Assembly (NCBI GenBank): GCA_013239625.1
Contig: MU053376.1
Coordinates: forward strand, 644,833-708,832
Direction: 5' to 3'
Length of the DNA: 64,000 bases
Source of the DNA: Lama guanicoe
Taxonomy: Eukaryota
Each line of letters begins with the position of its first letter. Position 1 is the first letter of the stretch. The notes beneath the pieces were generated by a model. It did not search any database. It had not been told where the DNA came from and saw only the letters and a list, made by a program, of their open reading frames with translations. The translations under genes were made by a program, and so were the position numbers. Shown here piece after piece: positions 24,746-37,957 of this stretch.

Positions 24746-25729
24746 TCTTACCCCCAGGGCTGAAGGGAGGCCCAAATGAGGTGATGGCTGTGAGAGAGAT
24801 TTATAAGCTGTAAAGTGCCGTACAAATGTCGCTACTGATTATCATCAGATGTGTGTGGCAGGCTAGAGATGATGTATTGGAGCAGAAGAGTCATTTCCCT
24901 TAATTCTGTTTGTATAATAAATAGCGATTTGGAGAAACAGACTAAAATTTTAAATTCACGCGACAGATGGCATCTGAGCTGGATCTGAACTCAGGATTCT
25001 AATTAAAAGGGCCCTGGGCTTGGGTGGGCCCCTACGGGAGGGCCGGTGCATTTGAGGGAGGCCTTGCAGAGAACCGTGGGTCTGAGGGGCAGGGGCCTGC
25101 CTGTCCTGCAGCCTGTGAGCAGTTAGCATTCCGCGGCTCTTGGAAACCCCTCAGGGATTTATCCGGCACTCTGGTTCCTCCAAGAGCACGCGCTGTATTT
25201 GTTCACACTCACTACACACCTCTCAGACTCCCACGGTGACAGCCTCCCCAGAATTCCTGATGCAATAGGAGTATTCCTGGTGAATGTCAATATGAACAGG
25301 TCCACGGGAGCCTACAGCTTCCAGTTTGGACCACTCCCTCCATCCCCAGTGACTCTGAGGAAAGAGATCTGATTATAGACTGGGGTTCCTGCTGCAAATG
25401 TTCTTCTTGATGTCCTTTCACTGGCTCAGATGGGTGACCATGTCTGATACCATATGAGTGGGGATGGGCTTAAGGACTTCTGAGATCCAGCAGAATTAAC
25501 ACTGAGCTGCCCTTAAGTCAGAGCCCTCCAATTGCTTCTTTTGTGTACATTTTGCCCTCTTTACGTCTCTGTATGAAAAAGACTTAAACTTAATGTGAGT
25601 TTAAGTGATAAAATCACCCACCATTCAAGCTGGAAGGGTTCTCAGAGATCACCCAGATTAGCACTCTTGATGTCATGTGATGTGTTTTAAACTCTGGGCT
25701 GTCAGTGATAAGAGTATAAGTGTACGACA

Positions 25730-25895
25730 TAAGATAGTCCTGGGCTCATCTGAATCTGCCCCTCACCAGCTGTGTGACCTGGGGAGCATCGCCTGACCCT
25801 TCTGAGCTTCAGTTTCCTCCTCTGTAACAGACTTCTCAGTGTCATAGAGAGTCAAATAACATATAAAGTGCCCGTCATACCCAGAGTGCTTATTA
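25730..25895 (+). mobile_element. MIR
   Basis: Core agctgtgtgacctgggg...tctgagcttcagtttcctcctctgtaa. Confidence 0.8.
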
Positions 25896-26089
25896 AAAGT
25901 TTCATTTCACTGTGGAATAAAGACAACTTTTTTGACGAATCAATGAGCAGGTAAGATTTTTGGCAACACTAGTCAAGGGGGAAGAGAGGAGAGGCGGGCA
26001 CGCCAACAAATCTGATGTCACACTAATTTATCTTGCTTTGGAATATGACTGGCAGGTTTTTGTTTTTTTTTACCAATTTTTAAATTCAG

Positions 26090-26335
26090 AAAACATTTAC
26101 CAAATGCTTATTATGTGCCAGACTAGGTTAAGTTTTGTGGGTGTGGAATATACTAGGATGGTGTCCTTACACTCTGGAAGGTGACCCTTTAGCTTGGGAG
26201 ACTGACGGGTGAACAAGTAACTGTGATGTTGTTCTGCAGAAGAGGTGCTCGAACAGTGGTATGTACAAGGGAAAGGACATTCCAGGCAGAAGGAGCGGTT
26301 TGAACAAGTGCCTGGAGGCATGAAAATCAATTTGG
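26090..26335 (-). mobile_element. L2 fragment
   Basis: aacatttaccaaatgcttattatgtgccagacta; cattccaggcagaagga. Confidence 0.7.
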
Positions 26336-26339
26336 AGAA

Positions 26340-27650
26340 TGTATCAGGTAGGCATAGGCTTGGCAGCTGACAATAGAAAGCTCAAAATAGCAGGGACTTA
26401 AGCAAGCTTGAGGTTTATTTCTCTTTCACATAAAAGAAGTGCAGAGCCAAGCAGCCCAGGGCTGATGTGGCGGCTTCTCAGTCATCGGGAACCCAGGTGG
26501 TGCAAGGAGCTACTGAGACCATGGTCTTCAGAGTCACATTGTCTGGATTTAAATTCTTAGGCCATGAGACAGTGAAGAACTTATCTTTTCTCTGTGTTTC
26601 CTCAGTTGTGAAATGAGGATAATGAAATTACCTGTCTCATAGAATTGCTGAGGATTCAATGATTTCATATAGGAAATCCATTTTGAACACATGATGGTGC
26701 CATATATATTTTAATATTCTAATATTCTACTCTAACATCCTTAGCACTTGGCTTTCATTTGCAAGGTCACCTCATGGTCCAGAATGGCTGCTGGTGCTCC
26801 AGTCATTACACCCCAATTCTAGATAGCTGCAATAAGAAAGGGAAGGAGGACAAAGACCCTACCCTCCAGCTGAGTCAGCTTTCTTTAAACGTTTTCCAGA
26901 GTTCCCACACATCACTTCTGCTTATATGCCACTGGTCTGAACTTAGTCACATTGAGACAGGAAGGAAGGGGGAAGGGCACAGCCATTAAAAGAATGACGA
27001 ACCAATCAGCACCAAGATAATGGTGGAAGATTCAACTCCCAGTAGACCTTGAGTTCCGTTATACACTCATTGTAATATATTAGCATTATAAATGACACAC
27101 CCACAGGTGCCATGACAGTTCCAAAGCTGACAATAAAGTTCAGAAAGTGGGCGGTGGCCCAATTCCTGGGAATCCCACTCCCTTCCCCAGAGTAGTTGGA
27201 ATAATCCTCCCACTTGTTAGCATATGAAGTTACCATGCCCCCACAAAAACCAACAACCCCTACACCTGTGGCCGCTCTTCCTTCTGAGTGAGAGGGACCA
27301 CACTCTGTCTATGGAGTGTGTATCTACTTTTGCTGTAAACTGAACACCCACCCCATGCCTCTTGGCTTCTCTGGCCTTCTGAGATGGCCTACACTTGGTC
27401 TACAGAGTGTGTACCTCTCTGAATAAATCTACTTTTACTCCACTGTGGCTCTCTCTTGAAGTCTTTCCTGCACAAAGCCAAGGACTCTCACTTGGTGGGT
27501 CGAGTCCCAGGGACTCAACCAAGACCTGGGACACAGCCATCCACTCATGCCTCATTTTTCTGTATCAACATGGCCTCATTTAGTTGTAAGGGAGGCTTGG
27601 AATCCTGGTCTTTTAGCTAGGTTCTCTCAGAAAGAGAAGGAATACAGATT
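26340..27650 (-). mobile_element. MLT1L-like MaLR LTR split by a MIR (about 26500-26720) and an ERV1 solo LTR
   Basis: gtttatttctctttcacataaaagaagt; cctcatggtccagaatggctgctggtgctccag; cttagtcacat|LTR|acatggcc..gtaagggaggct. Confidence 0.75.
26953..27567 (+). mobile_element. ERV1-class solo LTR (615 bp)
   Basis: TG...CA termini (tgagacag...ctgtatca), perfect 4 bp TSD acat, AATAAA at about 27422; related inverted copy at 43697-44238. Confidence 0.92.
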
Positions 27651-27663
27651 TTGATTGGTATGA

Positions 27664-28420
27664 TGTGATTTATAATAAAAAATGTTATTTGGTCTCCATT
27701 TCTGGCAAAGAACTCCTAAAACCTTTGAAATTTCCAGTGATAAGAGCAATAAAGGTGTTTTGTTATGTTAATGAGGTGACTTTGGGAATGTCCCTAGGTG
27801 ATGAAGGCTGAGGGCTGGTTGCCAGGGAAACCAACAGAGTGATTTGAAGTTTGGAAGTTTCAGTCCCACCCCCTGACCTGCGGGAAGAGGAGAGGGACTA
27901 GAGATTGGGTTCTATCACCAATGGCCAATGATTTAATTAACTGTGCCTGTGTAATGAAGCCTCCATAAAAACCCAAAGGCTTTGGAGGGCTTCCATGCTG
28001 GTGAATACGTGAAGGTTCGGGGACAGTGACACACTCAGAGAGAGCATGGGAGCGCCACACCGTTTCCCCATACCTTGGGATATACATCTCTTCCATCTGG
28101 CTGTTCCTGATTTATATCCTTTTACAATAAACTGATAATCCAGTAAGTTAAATGTTACTCTGGGTTTTGTGAGCTGCTCTAGCAAATTAAATGAACCCAA
28201 GGAGGGGTTTGTTGGAACCTCCAGTCTATATAGCTGGTTGATCAGAAGCCCAGGTGACAACCTGGATGTATGATTGGTATCTGAAGCTGGTGGGTGGCGG
28301 GGAGGAGTGGTCTTATAGGACTAAACCCTTAACTTGTGGGATCTGATGTTACCAGGGTCAAAACTGGGTTGATTTGTAGGACACCCAGCTGGTGTTAGAG
28401 AATTGCTTGGTAATGTGGGG
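27664..28420 (+). mobile_element. MER21-like LTR
   Basis: tttctggcaaagaactcctaaaacc, atcaccaatggccaatgatttaat, ctcttccatctggctgttcctga, ggacacccagctggtgt. Confidence 0.8.
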
Positions 28421-29354
28421 AGACTACCCACCTTCCTCTCACTGCCTAGAACGTTTCCAATTGGCAAGTTGCAGTAGCTGCCGGGGAATAACAGATAAGC
28501 CCCAGCAGGTGGGCTCCCACACTGAGATCCCTGACACATCACAGGTACAGTGAGGTGTGAGTGAAGAGATGTATTCAGGTTTTTAACCTAAGTGGATATC
28601 TGCCTGCCTGTGAGCAGGGACCGGATTTCTGGTTGGGGAAGGGCAAGTGCGTGCAAAGGCACCATCTCTGACAATCAGTCTCTCTCCACGTCCTCTGTAG
28701 CGCTGTTTTCACGCTCCTTCTCCTCCAGCAGATTCCTGTTGGTCTACAATCGATGTGCAATATGTAACCCTGAAAAATGAAAGGTGCCACTTCTTAGGAA
28801 TGTGCTCCCCTGCCCCCCTCCCCTCTTCGCAGACAGAGCCCTGGAGAACACCAGCACCTGGGGAGAGGAAGAAGAAGAGCCCATGGGTCTGCTTAGGACT
28901 CTGAGGGCCCAGCTTCCTGGTTGCTTTTATTGAATAAACGCTACTTTGCATAAGTGAGTTTGCCAAGCACGGGGGTGGAGTGGGCCAGGATTGTTTCTCA
29001 AATGAAGCGAGAGGGACTCAAACATGAGTGTTTCAATGTTTACTCCAACTGTGGTTGGTGGCAGAGCAGTGATCCAATCGGAGACCCTTCTGGAAAGCAT
29101 ACCTGCTCTGGAAGCTCTATCTTTAGGCTCCGGGTCCCAGGACCTTCCCCATCCTTTGAGAAGGTGGCCTCTCTGCTGAGCCCCTTCCAGGCTAAAAGAT
29201 TGGGCTGGCTTTTCTTCAGGACCCCAAATTCTCTGTCCTCAGAGCACTGTTCCTGACCTGTCAGCCCCTGCTGCCCTCACCCAGGTCAGCAGGTGGACTG
29301 GCCATGATGATAAAAGCAGGGTGCCCAAGCTACACTTAACATTCAGGGAGATGC

Positions 29355-29900
29355 AGTGTCTTTGTTATCTAATGCATGTCTACCCCCAAAACTAGTAGCT
29401 TAACATGAGAATAAAAACCACACATCATTGTCACTCCCTCAGTTTCTGTGGGTCAGAAGTCTGGGAGAGACTTGACCAGGCAGTTCTGGCTCAGGGTCTC
29501 CATGAGGCTGTGGTCAAGGTTTCTGTGGGGCTGCATCATTTGAAGGCTTGACTGGGGCTGGAGGAGCCACTTCCAGGGCCACTCACCCATATGAGTAGGT
29601 GGTCCTGCTCTTTGGCAAGAAGACTCAGTTCCTCTCCTTGTGGACTTCTGAGGGTGCTTGAAGGTCCTCGTCACATGGCAGCTGGCTTCCCCCAGAGCAG
29701 GAGAGCCAGGAGGAAGAGAACCTGGCAGGAGATCTCCTTCTGATGACCTCGCCTCAGAATCACCTAGCATCACTTCCACTACATTCTATTTTTGAGAATT
29801 GAGTTACTAAGTTTGGCTCACATTCATGGGGAGGAAAATTAGGTTCACCTGTTGAAGGGAAGCGTACCAAGGAATTTGCAAAAATATTTAAAAACTTCAA
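29355..29900 (-). mobile_element. MLT1F/G-like MaLR LTR
   Basis: cagtttctgtgggtcagaag, gttctggctcagggtctccatgagg, acatggcagctggcttccccagagc, catcacttccactacattctatt. Confidence 0.85.
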
Positions 29901-30344
29901 TATGGGGTTGAGGCCTGGGGGTGGCTGGGATAAAGGAGGCCACAGGTAGAATCCGATGGAAACTTATGAACCTCATCCACAAGCCCCTAGGAATTTAAGC
30001 AACTGTGGAAAATTCTGTTGGGTTAGGGTCTTACTGGAGAATCCTGTGAGCTAATCCAGAAATTTCCAAATGCCAGGTGGCTTTCATGTTGTCTCAGAAA
30101 TGCCTCTATTTGGTTAATACTGATGCCCATGAGGCCTCAAACTGCAAATTGGCATTGCTGCCACGGTTCATTGCCTCCTCACTAGAAAGCACCTTTCCAT
30201 GCTGTGGAAAGGGAAACTGACACCCCAAAGGTGGAGCAATTTGACTTCCATTCCCCTAGTGAGGCCCAGGGAGGAGTCTGAGAAAGGTCTGACCTATAAC
30301 CCACCTCTCCACACCATAGCATCTCCCTCCGAAAAATCCAGAAG

Positions 30345-30580
30345 CTAGCATTTATGGGAAACTTCCAACATGCCAGCAATGCGCCAAGTGTTTTTATGCT
30401 ATTTTATCCTCCTCCCAACCCACTAAGGCAGGCATGGATCCCTCCCATTTTACAGATGAGAAAACTGAGGCACAGGTTCAAAAGATTATGCTGTAGAAGT
30501 AACCCAAGGTCATTCAGCCACTACCAGATACTGTGATTCTCAGCTAGCCCTACAGACTCCAAAGCTAATGTTCTTCATCT
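30345..30580 (-). mobile_element. MIR
   Basis: cccattttacagatgagaaaactgaggcaca...aacccaaggtca. Confidence 0.85.
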
Positions 30581-31359
30581 CCACGTTCCCCCACCTCATA
30601 ACGTTTCTAGCTTCTGGAACCACATCTGTTTTTCTGCCTCCATGGTACCTGGACATCTCTTAATTCCCTGTCATAAAGCTGGGTTCTCCAAAATGTAGAA
30701 GCCAGAGGGCCACGATTCCTTTGCAGGGAAGCAGGTTCCTATCGCCAGAATCCTATAAACGGGAGCCAGAATCCAACCCCTCTGGTTACTTAGAGCTCCC
30801 ACGTCACCAACCCCCTTTACTAATGCCAGGACCTTGGGGTCATGAATGGCATGATCAGCTCGGTCGCCAGTCCTGGCAGCAGCGGCAGTCAAGGTCAACA
30901 GTGATGGGGGCCGATGGTCTCTTACTCACCTGCCCGAGTGCACTGCCCGTGCATAGAAAAGAAACAGATTTAATTGCTTTGTCAGACAAGGGGACCACAG
31001 TAGGCTAGTGCCTTTAGAACTGTGTGTCCACCAGGGATGGGGGTGTTTTATGGGGAGGGTCTGCGGTGCAGAGCAGGTGAGAAGGATCAGGGTGTGAGGG
31101 TCTTGCATTCTTCTTGCTTCAGAAGTCCACTCAGATACAATTGCATCTCGCGTCATGGTAATCTTGTGTTCACACAACGGTTTCTGGAGTTCAGGTGGTC
31201 ATTAGAACATGACCTTCTTCCTAGAGCAAAGGAGCCTCGGGGTAGAGGGGAGCGAGAGTGAGTGTGATGGGAAGGTTAGGGGATGTTTAGCACAAAAGCA
31301 GTTGAACAGAGATGGGAACAGTCAGAGAGAGAAAAAAACAAGTTGCAAGAATTCCAAGT

Positions 31360-31505
31360 TGCTGGGGAGGGTGTAGCTCAGTGGTAGAGTGCTTCCTTAG
31401 CATGCACAAGGTCCTGGGATCAATCCCCAGTATCTCCATTAAAAAATTAAATAAATAAACAAACAAACAAACCTAATTCCCCTCCCCACCTCGCTGCAAA
31501 AAAGG
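31360..31505 (+). mobile_element. tRNA-Ala-derived SINE (Vic-1-like)
   Basis: ggggagggtgtagctcagtggtagag...ttagcat...; perfect 12 bp TSD agaattccaagt at 31348-31359 and 31506-31517. Confidence 0.95.
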
Positions 31506-33798
31506 AGAATTCCAAGTCAGAGTGAATCAGCAAACAGCTTGAGCATCAGGGAAGCCATTTTGGAACAGAGGCTAGTTTACCGCTTCGCTAATGATTGGCC
31601 GGAGCCCCGGGATCCACACCCAGGAAGCCAGATCAGTGTGTGTGGGGGGGTCACACCCACACCGCCTCTAAGGGGCCTGCATGAACAAGTGCTGGTCCTT
31701 TAGGAAAGGCCGTGTTTCTAGACATTGAGGCTTGCCAGCTTCTCCGTGAGAGGTTAGTCTGATCAATTCTTCCTGTGTACTGGTGACTGTGATGAATCCC
31801 CCTTCCTCAGACGAGGCCAGTTTGTAGCCTGAAAGATGATCAAGAAAAGGGGCGACTCCAAGCCTAGAGATAGACTTCTACTCTGCTGTCTTTGAAGCAT
31901 CAATGTGGCCCCATCGCGCTGCTCAAATCCCACCACAGAGCCAACCACCAGCCTGGCCTCTGTCTGAGAGACTTCAGGCTCCTCTGGTGCAAAGCAAGAG
32001 AAGCCCCTTAGCCCACGACCTCCCTTCGCCGATGCCCGTGGAGGTGGGCCGCTCCCCAACGCCCCTCCCCTTCTCCCCCCGCCAGGCGGTCTGCTTACCT
32101 AGAGCCCGCTGTGTCGGGCCCCTAATCTGTGTGGCAGGCATGCCCTTCTGTACTTAAATATCTTAAGTAATTATTATATAAACGGATGCAGTATGAGCAC
32201 ACACACAAGAGGTGTTTCTAAGAAAATTAAGGTGAATACTCTGGAAAGAGCCCATAAAGGCAATTTACTTTTAAGAAAGAAAGCAAGAAAGGAAGGAAGG
32301 AAGGAAGAGAATTTCTATCTAGGTGTGGTTGAGTCATCTGTAAAGACTAGTGAGAAAAGGGTTGGGGAGGTAAGTTCTGAGTCCCACCGACCCTGCACTC
32401 AGGTTACTATGCAAATGTTTTCAAGTCCTTGTGGGTAAAACAGAAATCTTTGCTGACGCCTTAGGAGCGTGACTCACGGAAGAAAGAATGAAAAAACTGT
32501 GGGTCGATCCTTACGAAAAAGCCCATGACCTTACATGGAAGAATTTGCAAATGCTCACTTATAATTTTCAAGAGAAACCAGTGTTTAAGGTAGAAGCTGT
32601 TTGGCTGAGCCCCAGTTCGAATGAGGCTTTTGCCCCAAGTAGGTGGCAGCCGGAGCTTACAGAGCCTAACAAGAGGCCACAGCCCTCACTGAAGGCTAAT
32701 TAGAAAATCAATGCCTCCAGGCCCAATTGACAATGCAAATCATCTCTGTGAACTCCAGTGTCCTGGCTACATTAGGCTCATTAGAGCCTGTCAATGGGAA
32801 AAGGGCTTCAGATTTCCATAAAGAAGCAGAGATCTTTACTCAGCAGACCTGGACTTAATCAAAACTTCCAACACGGTGACCCCCCGAACTTACTCCGGTT
32901 AACAAGTGCTGATGCTCCGTGATAGACGTCACACTCCCGCCTTTGCCAATGACCCCCCTTGCGGTGATGCTCGCTCCTGTTAGGTCCACCTCTGTGCCTC
33001 ACCTGGGTCGCTCAAGGTTGCAGAAAGAAAACCTTACTGTAAAAACTTCATGACCCTCAGACTGGTACCCAATACCCACCTGGTGCTTCCACTGAGAGCT
33101 ATTTTCTGGGGAGAACTTTTCTTCCACGACAGGAGACACCCATTTGATAGCATTTCTTCTTGCCTCGAGCCTCCCACGCTTGCTCCTTCACTTCTTACTT
33201 TATTGGGAGGATAGAAACCATGTGATGTGCACTCCCTCATTTTCCCAAAACTTCTTCCCTTTCTCCCCTTCTTCTCCTTCCCCCTTCCCCTGGTTATGAT
33301 CAGGAAAGCTCTGTGAGGGCCAGGACCCCTCTGTTTGTTCTCAGCACCCAGTACAGCGCCTGGGACACGGGGGGGGGGGCTCTTCAAGATTGATGATGAG
33401 TGAATGAATCAGCTGTCCTTTCCTGGTTGACCAGGCCTTCTGGAGAGGAGGGAGGAAGAGTCCTTCACTTTGGCCTAAGCATCGAGATAAGATAAAAATG
33501 AAATCATTGCTGTCATTCAGCATCACTGACAAGGATGCTGCACTGAGCCCACCTTTCCAGGCTCATCTCAGTCTTATTTCCATCTGTCACTTGCATCTGC
33601 GTGCACTTCTCCCAGCAGGTTACACTGCGCAGGTCTGAGTCCTCAGCGGGTCCACTGCTTGACACATAGACAGGGTCCATGAGAGGGTGCTGAGCTGTTG
33701 AGTGTTCCCCAAACCTCACGGTCCCTCTAGATCCCTCCCTTGTCTGCTCTTCCCACATCCAATCCGCTAGCAGATCCCTTCAGTTTTTACCTCTAAGA

Positions 33799-34007
33799 CA
33801 GGGATCAGCCAACTTTCCCTGGAAAGGGTCAAACAGTAAATACTGTGGGCGTATGGGCCACATGGTCTCCACCTTAACCACTCAGTTCTGCATGATAGTG
33901 TGAAAGCAGCCACAGACACTTCGTAAGTGAATGGCACGGCTGTTACCATAAAGCTTTATTTACAAAAACAGGTTTGGACAGGATTTGGCCCAGTTTGTAG
34001 AACCCTG
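33799..34007. mobile_element. MER58A-like hAT-Charlie MITE
   Basis: cagggatcagccaac...gtttgtagaaccctg; flanks ctctaaga/ctctacag; internal ctttatttacaaaaacagg. Confidence 0.88.
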
Positions 34008-34374
34008 CTCTACAGTCTATGTCAAAACTGTTCTTAGCAAAAGAAAATAATGTTGAGGAGAAAGAGCCATCCTTGGTGCCTTCTGTTCTCTTCCAGAAGT
34101 AACCTGGGGAGGGCTGTGTAGCCTTACGTGGCCAAGTGCGCGTGCTTGTTTTGTATGCGCCCCAGAGCACCCAAGCTCCTTTCCTGGCCTTGGATAGAGC
34201 TCCTACTTCACCCTTCTTTCCCAACAAGCTCATATATTCTAGACAAAAAGCTGGTGGCCCAGCACTGCTTGAATGACCTTTCCCAAGTTACTTAACCATT
34301 AAGGACCTCTCTTGTGTCATTTGCAGAACTGGAGGAGCATCGCTGCTTTCCCCATGCTAAAATGCTTAGCACAA

Positions 34375-34522
34375 GGAGGGAGGGTATAGCTCAAATGCTA
34401 GAGCGCACACTTAGCATACACAAGGTCCTGGGTTCAGTCTCCAGCACCTCCTCTAAAAATAAATAAACAAACCGAATTACCTCCCCCACCCTGCCACCAA
34501 ATTAATAATAATAACAAATAAA
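34375..34522 (+). mobile_element. tRNA-Ala-derived SINE (Vic-1-like) within a MIR
   Basis: gggagggtatagctcaaatgctagagcg..ttagcat..ggtcctgggttcag; MIR text gcttagcaca|SINE|acagtgcctg. Confidence 0.9.
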
Positions 34523-36749
34523 ACAGTGCCTGTCATGGAGCAAGTGTTTAACAGCAGTGTCCGTGTTGGTATTGTTGTGATCATTATATATGTTTGAGAA
34601 CATGAGCCCCTGAGTCAGTCTGCCAAGGTTTGAATCCCAGTCCGTCACTTACATATTACCTTGGGGAAGTGCCTCCTTTTACCAAACCTGCCAGGGTGCT
34701 ATGAAGATTAAATAAGTTGTATACAACGTGCTTGGCAAATATGAAGCACTGTGGAAGTGGTTGCTGTCATCATCACTGTCAGGACCAGGACAGAATCCCA
34801 GAACCCTCCAGCCTTCAGCATCCCTGGTGGCCAGGCATCATGCTCAGTGCTCAGTCCCTTGCAGAGCAGGATCCCAAAGCTTCCGTCATGGTCCTCTGCA
34901 TCTCCAAGAGAGCATCTTCTTTCTTGCCTGCTTTAAACCAGTGGATGATACCTTTCTCTCCCCATGCTCTGCTTCCTCTCTTGTCCCTTCACCCTGAGGA
35001 TACTTGTGTCCCTGGTATTTATTTAGCTCCTATAAGCAGGCTGCTTGTACTGTGGCGATTAGAGTCATACAAACCAGGTAAGCATAGAATTCAGCGTATT
35101 AGCTCCCTTAGAGACCTCACTCACTAGCACTGCTCACAGCCTGGCAGGTGAGGAACGCGGGAGGGCAAGGGGCCGGGGTTCATTCCTCTCCTGAGCCCTT
35201 CCAGCATCTGCTGAAGCAGCTCACCCTTCCTCCACATTAAGTAGCCAGAAGACTCCTTTCCCCCTTGTTTATACGGGGTAGACTCCACTCTACTGACGTG
35301 TCTCCATTGGGATACCTGTGATTTTCCCATCACGCGAGGGCGCTGAGGTTCCTTTAAAGGTCAACGGACGCGCTTTAATTCCAACAGATTTCTAGAGACG
35401 CAGATGTCCCCCGTGAGGAGTGTTGCCTGATTAAGTTAAGAACTAGGGCAGGTGGTCGGACTACGTGGGGCAGGGCTGATAGAAGAAAGGCAGGCAACCT
35501 TCGGTACCTGCCCTTGTTCTCCATTTAAAACACGCACTTAATTATCTTGCGGCACAGAAACTGTTTTTAGAAGCTGTGAAATACTCCAGTGAGGGAAAGG
35601 TTAAAAGAAGTAAAACCTCCCAGTACAAATCGAATGCTTTGTCATGAACAAAACTGTTATAAATTCCTTTTCTCAAAACATTTGCTTGTTTATCTTTTTT
35701 CCCCACCTCCAGGCAGCCTCCAGCCTTTTCACAGGTCTAATGCAGGCTGTATGCAGTTTCTGCTTAGATTACAAATGTTAATTATCTCCTCGGCACCTCT
35801 GCCTCTTTGTTCAGAGCTCCAAGCCTCGGAGATCAGCTCCATTTTCAACTTCCCCCACTTCCCGCACGAGCTCTGAATTTCTTCTTAAAACAGGTACTCC
35901 TTCCAGGGTCTTCCCTGAGCTCTTTCTAGTTTGCTCACTCAGGTTCCTTCCTCCCCACAAGAGTCTTCATTTTATCATCTGACTTCTAAGGGAACTGAGG
36001 CTTTATTCCTTCTGAACAGCCACCAAACAAAACAGAAAATGAATCTACGCTCTCAAAAGGAGCTGTGCATTGTAAAAGCAGGGACTGGACCCTTCCAGTC
36101 AATGTAGTGCACTGAGCTGATAGAAAAAACCCTCCCTTCACAGCCCACCGCCCCCTCTCCAAAGAGGATGTGCCGGATAACATATAACAAAGGAAAAATT
36201 TTAAACAGAGCCAAGCTCAGCATTAAGGGAGAGAAATCCCTAACGCTAGATTAACGAGGAGGAGACTCAAAGTCAGGGTGGTTAGCAGCCGCTAAACCAA
36301 AATGGCTCATGGAATTACATAGCCAGCTGGGGGTGGGAGTGATGATGCCTGCCTGGGGCACGGAGACTCGGCTGCAGCCCAGGGAGCAGAGTCGAGCAGT
36401 CGTGAAGGTAGTGATTGTGAAGGGCTGACCCACCCGTGAGACAAGAATAGGACAATCTCTACCAACAGCCTTGGAAGTTGATGAGGGAAGTTTGATGTCC
36501 TATCTGGCCGTGGATGTGCAAAGAGTCATTCTCAAGACATCGACATAAACCAACTGGACAGGCTTGGGTTCTAAATTCCCACTATGCCCATGGCACAGGG
36601 ACCCCAGCTGAGAGATTAACAGCAAAATCCAGCCAGAAACTGTTGAATCCTATAGGACCCTGCAGATGCCTTGTGAGACGGGACACTTCCACAGCACAGG
36701 ACATGTGGGAATCCCATGGGAAGTCATCCCCACTGAATCCTCACATCCT

Positions 36750-37330
36750 CACAGTCAAGTATTATATGTCAGATTGAGGAATATACACCCCAATATCTGG
36801 GAGTAACAAAACATTTGAAAGAAACTTTATTAAGTACCCCTAAAATGTTGAAAATAATAAAGAAGGTATAAACATCAGGAAAATATGAATAAGACTATAT
36901 AATAAAAAAAGTGTAATTGTCAGAAAAAAACATACAAAAATTCTAGAAATAAAAATATATAATAGTCAAAACTCAAACACTCAATGGAAGTTTGAATAGT
37001 AGCCTTTCCAAAGTCAAAGAGAGAATTAGTGAATTTTCACACTAGATCTGACGTAGTGACTTAGAATGAAGCTCTCAGGGAGACAAAGAGATGAAACCCA
37101 GGCTCAGAGGCACAGAGGATACAATGAGCAGGCTGGAAACAATATTTAATGAGAGTTATGGAAAGAGAGAAAGGGGTAAAGAAAATGCTCAGGGTTGAGA
37201 ACTGTCCACCTAGAATTCTATACCCAGTTCAACTGTCATACAGAAATGAATGTGCAATAGAACTGTTTGTAGACAAAGATTGAGTTTGCTCCTCACAGAC
37301 CTACGATAAAATAGACTTTTAATGAAATTG
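36750..37330 (+). mobile_element. Very old L1 ORF1-like remnant
   Basis: A-rich; aaaactcaaacactcaatgga, agaattagtgaa, cacctagaattctatacccag. Confidence 0.55.
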
Positions 37331-37877
37331 AAGATAAAGAAGTAGGTCTTAAAAACTAATAGGAATATTTAAAAGACATATGATCCTAAAGCAAACCTGT
37401 GGCTAAGACCCTCAGATTCAGCCCAAAACCTTAACTTTACTTAAACGGAAACAGACTCAGAGAGGTAGAAATGACCTACCCGAGGTCAAATCCAGGTCAA
37501 ATTGTGCGAAAGAGGCTGAGATACTTACATGTTCTGATATAATTTTCCAGCCATCTCTCTCAGAGTTTGTTTGGCTTGAATGAAGGGGCCCTCGAACCCT
37601 CGGCAGTTACAGAAAGTGAGAGACAGGGCGTGTTGCTCCAGCATGGGGTTTGTTCAGTTATGTTCGGTGCAATATCTATTGGGCTGGTTCTATTGTTTTG
37701 TATATGTGTGTGTGATTAAAGACATAAATTCTATGTTTAAAAAAATAACACCAAAAAATGAATAATGAATAAGGAAATTGGTTTATATGTTGGTAAATCT
37801 GAGTATCAAATATTTTAAGTATCTAATTTGGGGTAGTTTACTTATGAAATGTAACTAACATCTTGTTTTCACTGAAG

Positions 37878-37957
37878 ATATCATTTGTATGAAATTGCCA
37901 TTTTTATTGCTTAGTAATTCTTGAACACTGGTAATTTCATGTGGCTCAACTGAATAG
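37878..37957. mobile_element. MADE2-like MITE
   Basis: Inverted pair tatgaaattgcca ... tggtaatttcatg, followed by ggctcaactgaata. Confidence 0.6.
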
